NCBI GenBank assembly: GCA_964607635.1
Contig: CAZSLR010000001.1
Span: 1-34,474 of the forward strand
Length of the DNA: 34,474 bases
Reading direction: 5' to 3'
Origin: an uncultured Oscillospiraceae bacterium
GTDB taxonomy: Bacteria; Bacillota; Clostridia; Saccharofermentanales; UBA5734
Shown: positions 9,431-16,686 of the stretch, piece by piece
How the letters are laid out: every line of letters begins with the position of its first letter
Numbering within the stretch: the stretch's first letter is position 1
Position numbers and translations under genes: made by a program
Notes under the pieces: model-generated
Told to the model about the DNA's origin: nothing
The model's input: the letters and a program-made list of their open reading frames with translations, nothing else
The model's database searches: none

Positions 9431-9737
9431 GGGTCATCACCTCTTCATCAAATAGATTTCCCAGCGGACGCATTATGTCTCTTCCCAGACTAATAATGTC
9501 TATAACTCCGTCGGGCGAGGTTGAAACAGCAGTCATAAAAGAACTGCGATATAAAACATTTCTGCTCGCATATATTGATCTGTTTTTACAGGCTGAGCTT
9601 ATTGCCTGCGCGGATAAGGCTGCTGCTGTATTTGCTTCCATATAGGCTGGCACAGCCTGACTTAACGCGAAGCTGAAAGCAATGATACAAATCGGAACAG
9701 CTATCGCGGCCTCAAGTGACATCGCCAAATCAAACAC
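9423..9737 (-). CDS. Small TadE-like protein
   Basis: 104 aa. MSLEAAIAVPICIIAFSFAL matches the TadE-like N-terminal consensus (xxxxE-[FA]-A-[IL]-x-x-P plus hydrophobic helix). The track start at 9737 is a GTG immediately after GGGGG. The ATG at 9722 (MSLEAA...) is an equally plausible start. An in-frame stop 3 codons upstream of the GTG rules out a long leader peptide. Confidence 0.5.
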   Translation of the reverse strand: MFDLAMSLEAAIAVPICIIAFSFALSQAVPAYMEANTAAALSAQAISSACKNRSIYASRNVLYRSSFMTAVSTSPDGVIDIISLGRDIMRPLGNLFDEEVMTHD

Positions 9738-9863
9738 CCCCTGTTTTTACGATCATCTGAATTATCTGCAATATATGCAGCTCACATTCAACATAATATA
9801 TTGGCAAAAGTCTTCATTGGGAACGATGATCAGTCATTTTCAGTCAATACCTGTCAAAAGTAG

Positions 9864-9895
9864 AAAAAACCCTCCCGCTGTATTAACGGGAGGGT
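9864..9895 (-). terminator. Rho-independent terminator after the ABC-transporter operon
   Basis: On the minus strand, ACCCTCCCG-(9 nt loop)-CGGGAGGGT forms a 9-bp GC-rich stem followed by TTTTTTCTACTTTT. It lies about 25 nt downstream of the ATPase stop codon. Confidence 0.65.
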
Positions 9896-9919
9896 CTAAT
9901 AGCATGTTCAATTGCATTT

Positions 9920-10648
9920 TCAGTGTGCCAAAACCTTGGACAGGAACAGCTTAGTTCTGTCGTTTTGAGGATTGCCAAAAACCTCTTCAGGGGTTCCTTG
10001 TTCTACGATTCTGCCCTCATCCATAAACATAACTCTGCTCGCTACTTTGCGAGCAAAACCCATTTCATGTGTGACTACGACCATAGTCATGCCTTCTTCA
10101 GCCAGCTCCTGCATAACATCCAGAACCTCGCCGATCATTTCAGGGTCAAGTGCTGAGGTAGGCTCATCAAATAACATTATTTCCGGGTTCATCGCCAGAG
10201 CACGAGCAATTGCGATTCTTTGTTTCTGACCACCAGATAGTTTGATCGGATACTCGTTGGCCTTCTCTCTCAGGCCTACACGATCCAGCAGTTCATAAGC
10301 TCTTTTGATCGCATCTTCTTTATTCATTCTCTTCAACTGTATTGGTGCGAGAGTAATATTTTCAATAACAGTCAAATGAGGAAACAGATTAAAATGCTGG
10401 AACACCATTCCCATTTTTTGTCTCACCATGTTGATATCACATTCCTCAGCAGTGATATTCTCACCATCTACAATTATATTACCAGCTGATGGCTGGTCCA
10501 GCAAATTCAGACAACGCAGGAAGGTGCTTTTGCCAGAGCCGGATGGACCGACTATAACAATTTTTTCTCCATTCTTTATCTCTGCGTCGATGTTTTTCAA
10601 AACTGACAGACTGCCGAAATTCTTACACAACTTATCAACGGTTATCAC
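9920..10648 (-). CDS. Polar amino-acid ABC transporter, ATP-binding protein (GlnQ/ArtP-like)
   Basis: Walker [10 protein letters not shown], signature LSGGQKQR, Walker [13 protein letters not shown]-loop VVTHEM. GTG start with SD AAGGAGG upstream; overlaps the end of the permease gene. Confidence 0.93.
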   Translation of the reverse strand: MITVDKLCKNFGSLSVLKNIDAEIKNGEKIVIVGPSGSGKSTFLRCLNLLDQPSAGNIIVDGENITAEECDINMVRQKMGMVFQHFNLFPHLTVIENITLAPIQLKRMNKEDAIKRAYELLDRVGLREKANEYPIKLSGGQKQRIAIARALAMNPEIMLFDEPTSALDPEMIGEVLDVMQELAEEGMTMVVVTHEMGFARKVASRVMFMDEGRIVEQGTPEEVFGNPQNDRTKLFLSKVLAH

Positions 10649-11501
10649 TTCGACGCAGCCTCCTTTCGATTTTTGACATCAATTGAGTTAATCCCATAAC
10701 CATTACCAGATAGATCGCGGCAACCGCGAAGAGAGGGAGCAACGGATCAAAGGTTCTGGATCTGATCATATCACCTGCTCTGGCAAGATCAGCGATAGCG
10801 ATATAGCCTGCGACGGCCGTTTCTTTTAACAATGTTATTAGTTCGTTGAATAACGCCGGCAGGACGTTTTTGAAGGCCTGTGGCAGAATGATCTTCTGCA
10901 TTGTCACACCATAGGTCAGGCCAAGAGAGCGACCAGCTTCCATCTGTCCGCGATCCACCGCCATTATGCCAGCTCGAATAATTTCGGCGACATAGGCACC
11001 ACTATTAATACCAAAAGCCAAAGACGCGACTAATATTTTACTTACACTAATCGAGCCGAATATTACATAGTAAATAATCATCAGCTGTACAACTACTGGT
11101 GTTCCTCGGATCACTGTCAAATAGTACTCAGCCAGTCTGGTAATAAAAAAGATCCTCTTACCACTATAGTCAAGAACTTTGATTATCGCGAGTGTCAGGC
11201 CAAGAGTAAGTCCCAATGTCGTCGCGATTATCGTGATTACCAGTGTCGTGCCAAGTCCGGTAACAAGCCACATAAATCTATTATCCACGATGAAGTCATT
11301 GATAAAATTAGTACGCAGCTTGGTAAAAAAAGGAATGTCAAGTCCAAGCTGAGGTGCAAAAGCAGTGAACAAGGCGAATATAATGAAGACTGCGGCGATG
11401 ATGAAGTCATAAATATGTCGTTTCCAAAACGGCTTGGGAGACGGCTCATATGTGAACACGATTTCTTCTACAGATTCATGCTTTTCAGCCGGTTCTAACA
11501 T
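10635..11501 (-). CDS. Polar amino-acid ABC transporter permease (HisM/GlnP type) with an N-terminal extension
   Basis: 288 aa. EAA loop region [31 protein letters not shown] and multiple TM segments. ATG with SD GAGGGA. Confidence 0.9.
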   Translation of the reverse strand: MLEPAEKHESVEEIVFTYEPSPKPFWKRHIYDFIIAAVFIIFALFTAFAPQLGLDIPFFTKLRTNFINDFIVDNRFMWLVTGLGTTLVITIIATTLGLTLGLTLAIIKVLDYSGKRIFFITRLAEYYLTVIRGTPVVVQLMIIYYVIFGSISVSKILVASLAFGINSGAYVAEIIRAGIMAVDRGQMEAGRSLGLTYGVTMQKIILPQAFKNVLPALFNELITLLKETAVAGYIAIADLARAGDMIRSRTFDPLLPLFAVAAIYLVMVMGLTQLMSKIERRLRRSDNR

Positions 11502-11521
11502 TATGGTCCCTCACTTTCTGT

Positions 11522-11548
11522 AAAAAAGGAGCTGCCCCGCCAGGGCAG
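11522..11548 (-). terminator. Possible intra-operon attenuator/terminator between the binding-protein and permease genes
   Basis: On the minus strand, a CTGCCC-TGGCG-GGGCAG hairpin is followed by CTCC and then TTTTTT. The stem is short (6 bp), so it is probably only partially efficient. Confidence 0.4.
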
Positions 11549-11609
11549 GACAGCCTCTTTGCAATAATTATTTCTATACAATTTGTTGATCAACAGAACT
11601 GATCAATAT

Positions 11610-12392
11610 TTATTTCGCACTTGCTTTGCGAATAACTACAACCTGTGATGCATCAACATAAGGAATTGAGAAATCAACGTTTACCTTACGCTCCTCGTTG
11701 ATCGTCATGCCTGCGGCGATAGCATTGATCTTGCCCTGCTGTAGAGCCGCGATCAGACCATCGAAGTTCATGTTTTCAACTACCAGCTCCTTATCGAGCT
11801 TTTTGGCTACTAATGCCATAAGATCAACATCTGTTCCGATAACACTGTTGCCGCTCATGTACTCGTATGGAGGGAAACCTGCTTCTGTACCCATGACGAG
11901 TTTGCCGCCTGCTGCTCCAACATTGAAATCAGGTGCTTTGCCATTAGAATCCTTATGTGCTTCAAGTGATGCTTCGAGTGACCCATCGTTTTTCATTTCA
12001 GCTATCACTTCATCAACAATTGCTTTCAGCTCAGAGTCACCTTTTTGAACTGCAACAGCATACTGTTCAGGTTCAAAACCAACATCAAGTATAACAAGAT
12101 CATCGTTAATGGCGACATAAGAGGTCGCAGTATCTCTATCCATGATGATCGCATCTATTTTTTTCTGCTTGAGTGACGTAATAGCGTCAACGTAGGCATT
12201 GTATCGCTCTACGCTCTTCGTATCGATTTCCTTGGCGATATCATCGCCAGTCGTACCAAGCTGAACACCGATGACCTTACCTACCAGATCCTCCTGTGAG
12301 CCTATCTGCACTTCTTTTCCTGAACAGGCGGCTATCGATACAGCCATAGCCAGCAAACAGATAACTGCTGTAATTCTGATCATTTTTTTCAT
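11610..12392 (-). CDS. Amino-acid ABC transporter substrate-binding lipoprotein (SBP_bac_3 type), circularly permuted domain order
   Basis: Signal peptide plus lipobox SIAAC. GKVIGVQLGTTGDD...DAIIMDRDTA...YAVAVQKGDSELK is normally the C-terminal half, yet it precedes GKLVMGTEAGFPPYEY...DVDLM...FDGLIAALQQGKINAIAAGMTINEERK...FSIPY, which is normally the N-terminal half. The ATG at 12392 (MKKMIRI) has SD AAGGATGG. The track ATG at 12404 lies inside that SD. Confidence 0.85.
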   Translation of the reverse strand: MKKMIRITAVICLLAMAVSIAACSGKEVQIGSQEDLVGKVIGVQLGTTGDDIAKEIDTKSVERYNAYVDAITSLKQKKIDAIIMDRDTATSYVAINDDLVILDVGFEPEQYAVAVQKGDSELKAIVDEVIAEMKNDGSLEASLEAHKDSNGKAPDFNVGAAGGKLVMGTEAGFPPYEYMSGNSVIGTDVDLMALVAKKLDKELVVENMNFDGLIAALQQGKINAIAAGMTINEERKVNVDFSIPYVDASQVVVIRKASAK

Positions 12393-12520
12393 TACTTTTC
12401 CCATCCTTCTATATCAACTTGTCAGCGGCTTAAGCCGCGTCTTGTTCTGCAAATACCAAACCGGCATCCAGCCGGCAGTCCAGGCAGGCATTAGTCAGAA
12501 TTATTAATGATTACTGACTA

Positions 12521-12549
12521 TTTATACATCAGAATCAACATATTTTCAA
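12521..12549 (-). promoter_or_regulatory. Putative sigma-A promoter for the amino-acid ABC operon
   Basis: Minus strand reads TTGAAA-17 nt-TATAAA. It would give a leader of about 120 nt. Confidence 0.4.
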
Positions 12550-12647
12550 GTTTATCAACATAATTCATAAATATACTGTCATATTATGCAGATATATACA
12601 GTCGCTGATAGGCTTTTGTCAGCAACCTGCTACCTGTAACTTATCCG

Positions 12648-12656
12648 TGCTATAAT
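12648..12656 (+). promoter_or_regulatory. Putative extended -10 element for the DUF5050-like gene
   Basis: TGCTATAAT (TGnTATAAT) lies 38 nt upstream of the ATG at 12694. No good -35 element. Confidence 0.3.
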
Positions 12657-12693
12657 ATCAGCTGATAAACCTTATTAAACAGGAGTTATAAAT

Positions 12694-13809
12694 ATGAGAA
12701 AAGCTTCGCTGAATCGCTATATTGGCTTGTCGATCATTTTATTTATCGTGCTATTTATGTCTATATATATAGCTTCGGGCTGTCATAACAAAAATGACGA
12801 TCAGAACATATCGATCGCAAAATCTCTGCCTGCAGACGAGGAGATTTTGCATTCTCTTGTTTCATCAGTAAATTTACCGGGAGCAAATCTGGTAATTACA
12901 GACGGTCTTAATATTTATTTCACAAGCGGAAGCAACGGCTTCAGCAAAACTGACGCAGATGGTCAAAATCTTACGATCATCAACGAGCAGCCGGCCTCAT
13001 GGCCGTTGATTGCTGACGAGCAGTTTTTTTATGCGGCAGGTAATAATAATGGCCCATTGTCAAAAATGAAGCTTGACGGCAGCTCACATGTCAGAGCAGG
13101 ATCAGGAACACTTAGCAACCTGGTCTTTTACCAGGGTATGATCTATGCGATCGAAGAACCAGACAGATCACTTATAAGCATCAAAACCGATGGTACCGGA
13201 CGTAATCTGTTGGTAGAATTCCCGGTCAGCAGTGTTTTACTGAGAGGCAGCAGCTTATATATTGCTGGCAAATCAGCTCAGGATGGAATTGTCAGATATG
13301 ATCTGCGAAGCAATAGCTATGAAAGAATTGCCGAGACTGCTGCTGGCAACTTACAGACAGATGCCGATTATCTTTATTATGCGGACCTACAGAAGCAATA
13401 TCATCTTTATGCGCTTGATATTGGTGGTTTTGCTGATCAGGATGAAGTCGGAGCAGCTGATTCAGGTGCAGCTGGCAGTGTTGCTGATCAGACAGATAGC
13501 AGCGATTCTGAAGCTGTTCAAAACGAGAGCTCTCTTAGCTCTTCTCTAGTCATGGAGTATTCGTTTGATCGTCAGTTTGCTATATTTGATCAGATCATAT
13601 ATTTCATTGATAGTGGAAGTCAGCAACAGCTCTTTCGCCTCAAACTGGACAATGATAAAGAAATTAGCCGAGGCGACGCCATTCTTACCACTGACGATGC
13701 TGTTGACAGCTTCTGTCTGATAGGACCATATATCTATTATCGCAGAGTAGGAATAAATAGACTATATCGCACTGATATTTTTGAATCCAGACCTATAAGG
13801 ATCAATTAG
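12694..13809 (+). CDS. DUF5050-like beta-propeller repeat lipoprotein
   Basis: Signal peptide plus lipobox IASGC. Seven recurrences of an [IL]Y[FY]..-x(6-10)-L[YFS]+[hydrophobic/K]-x-DG-like blade motif (IYFTSGSNGFSKTDADGQN, FFYAAGNNNGPLSKMKLDGSS, MIYAIEEPDRSLISIKTDGTG, LYIAGKSAQDGIVRYDL, LYYADLQKQYHLYALD, IIYFIDSGSQQQLFRLKLD, IYYRRVGINRLYRTD). SD AGGAG. Confidence 0.6.
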   Translation: MRKASLNRYIGLSIILFIVLFMSIYIASGCHNKNDDQNISIAKSLPADEEILHSLVSSVNLPGANLVITDGLNIYFTSGSNGFSKTDADGQNLTIINEQPASWPLIADEQFFYAAGNNNGPLSKMKLDGSSHVRAGSGTLSNLVFYQGMIYAIEEPDRSLISIKTDGTGRNLLVEFPVSSVLLRGSSLYIAGKSAQDGIVRYDLRSNSYERIAETAAGNLQTDADYLYYADLQKQYHLYALDIGGFADQDEVGAADSGAAGSVADQTDSSDSEAVQNESSLSSSLVMEYSFDRQFAIFDQIIYFIDSGSQQQLFRLKLDNDKEISRGDAILTTDDAVDSFCLIGPYIYYRRVGINRLYRTDIFESRPIRIN

Positions 13810-13834
13810 CAGCTAGCCTGAAAACGGAAACACT

Positions 13835-14491
13835 TCATACAAAATCAGTATCCGGTCTACTCATCCAAGGATGGGTCTTACATAAATCGCCAAAGCTGAT
13901 TGATGGTCCATGTCCTGGATATACTATCATGTTGCCATTATTGTCTGTAAGCAGTGACCGTATTCTGTCGATAGACTCGATCAGCTGCTGGTCAGATCCT
14001 CCCAAATCGGTTCTGCCAACACTATCGGCAAATATTGTGTCACCTGTGAAAAGCGCTATTTGCTTACCATTCTCCTCTACCAGCTGCAGGCAAACACAAC
14101 CGCTGGTGTGCCCAGGTGTATTTATTATATTTAGCCGAGAACCATCTCCGAGATCAATAATCTGGTTATCCTTCAAAGTTGCTTCAGCCGGCTGCCAGCA
14201 GAGCGGTCTGCCGAACTTCGCCGATACATTTGCCATACTGTCCGTCATCATATGAGCATCCGCTTCATGAATCATGAGCGGTACTTTGAAGCTTGATCGC
14301 CATTCATCCGCAGTCAGGATATGATCCATATGTCCATGAGTCACAACTATGCCCTGAAGCCTGGAATCGGTGAGTGGCTTCTTCTCTGGCCAGGCTGCAG
14401 GATCTATCAGCCAGGCATTTACACCATTATCCAGCCAATAACAATTAGCGGCAAAACCGCTCACAGGTAGTTTTTGAATAGTCCAGGACAT
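13835..14491 (-). CDS. MBL-fold metallo-hydrolase (GloB/hydroxyacylglutathione-hydrolase-like)
   Basis: VVTHGHMDH (HxHxDH), TPGHTSG, TGDTIFADSVGRTD, YPGHG. The internal ATG at 14491 (MSWTIQK) has a perfect SD GGAGGT, so it is preferred to the track start at 14524. Confidence 0.8.
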   Translation of the reverse strand: MSWTIQKLPVSGFAANCYWLDNGVNAWLIDPAAWPEKKPLTDSRLQGIVVTHGHMDHILTADEWRSSFKVPLMIHEADAHMMTDSMANVSAKFGRPLCWQPAEATLKDNQIIDLGDGSRLNIINTPGHTSGCVCLQLVEENGKQIALFTGDTIFADSVGRTDLGGSDQQLIESIDRIRSLLTDNNGNMIVYPGHGPSISFGDLCKTHPWMSRPDTDFV

Positions 14492-14541
14492 GAGTACCTC
14501 CAGTGATACAATATCAGATTTCACGAACTACATAATAGCAC

Positions 14542-14595
14542 AAAAAAGAACCAGATTCAGCGTTATCCTCACTGGACGAAGCTGTTCTGGTTCTT
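14542..14595 (-). terminator. Probable gdhA terminator
   Basis: On the minus strand a 9-bp stem AAGAACCAG/CTGGTTCTT is followed by TTTTTTG. The loop is large (32 nt), which lowers confidence. Confidence 0.4.
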
Positions 14596-14649
14596 TGGGA
14601 GCAATATCGTAATTGTCAGTAGCAAATCATCTGATCTATGAAACGCAAT

Positions 14650-16005
<1,356 letters not shown>

Positions 16006-16058
16006 TTATTAACTATATCCACTATAGCTGGCTCCTATCTACTCTGAGCCTAACAATC

Positions 16059-16087
16059 ATTTTATTGCTTACTCGCATATTCGTCAA
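16059..16087 (-). promoter_or_regulatory. Putative sigma-A promoter of gdhA
   Basis: Minus strand reads TTGACG-17 nt-TAAAAT, immediately downstream of the preceding terminator. Confidence 0.4.
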
Positions 16088-16088
16088 G

Positions 16089-16121
16089 AAAAAATGCAAG
16101 TTATTTGTTGATAACTTGCAT
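16089..16121 (-). terminator. Rho-independent terminator after the mreCD-pbp2-MGS-like operon
   Basis: Perfect 11-bp stem ATGCAAGTTAT/ATAACTTGCAT with a 6-nt loop, followed on the minus strand by TTTTTT. Confidence 0.65.
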
Positions 16122-16151
16122 TTGTTATTTCTATTTCACAGATAGCGAAAT

Positions 16152-16541
16152 CTACCTAACTAACTCACGCCAATCCAAATCACCGCGATCAATCGCAAGA
16201 ACTAGCAGCTCGGCCGTTGCGATGTTTGTAGCAACAGGAATACTGTTTGTATCGCAGGCCTTCAGCAATGCATTAGGAGCGTCATATGAGCCAAGCAGCG
16301 GATCTCGCAAATATACGACCGCATCAATTTCGTTATACATAGCTCTCGATGCCAGCTGATCAAGACTTCCTGATATCTCTGTTGATAAGCCAATAATATC
16401 AATAGACGTCGCGTCACGAATCAATCTGGATGTATTGAAAAGCGAGTACATCGTGTGCCTGGATAAAATCTGGCTGTAGGCAATACAGAAATTAACCAGA
16501 AGTTCATTCTTGCGATTATCTGCAAGTAAAACAATATTCAC
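16152..16541 (-). CDS. Methylglyoxal synthase-like (MGS fold) protein with diverged active-site residues
   Basis: 129 aa, colinear with MgsA (IVLLADNRKNELL...IDAVVYLRDPL...IPVATNIATAELL). GTG start with SD GGGAGG. See the corresponding finding for residue substitutions. Confidence 0.75.
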   Translation of the reverse strand: MNIVLLADNRKNELLVNFCIAYSQILSRHTMYSLFNTSRLIRDATSIDIIGLSTEISGSLDQLASRAMYNEIDAVVYLRDPLLGSYDAPNALLKACDTNSIPVATNIATAELLVLAIDRGDLDWRELVR

Positions 16542-16686
16542 AAGGCTACCTCCCTAATATCAGATAACTATAACCTATTCTAACTACATTTGCCGCTTCA
16601 AACAAGACTTTGCAGACATAAAGCTCTTTTTCTGTAGATTAAGTCCATCACCAGCAAATAAGTTTCAACCTATTGCACAGTTTTTC

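Noticed and set aside
6784-9737. The three hypothetical genes as a phage-defence system or prophage remnant.
   Set aside because: There are no nuclease, ATPase, methylase, integrase or phage structural motifs. By eye there is no compositional break or flanking repeat. The N-terminal TadE-like signatures give a better explanation.
9766-9780. Palindrome CTGCA-N5-TGCAG upstream of the TadE-like trio as a candidate operator.
   Set aside because: The arms are only 5 bp, so chance occurrence in AT-rich intergenic DNA is likely. There is no second copy in the window. I also could not define a convincing -35/-10 pair for the trio.
11585-11594. Perfect 10-bp palindrome GTTGATCAAC just after the binding-protein stop codon.
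   Set aside because: It is too short for a terminator and has no T-tract. No repeat copies exist elsewhere in the window. Most likely it is incidental.
13429-13545. Asp/Ser/Ala/Gly-rich segment (FADQDEVGAADSGAAGSVADQTDSSDSEAVQNESSLSSS) inside the DUF5050-like gene as a possible nucleotide repeat or contingency locus.
   Set aside because: There is no exact tandem nucleotide repeat. It reads as a low-complexity acidic linker inserted between propeller blades.
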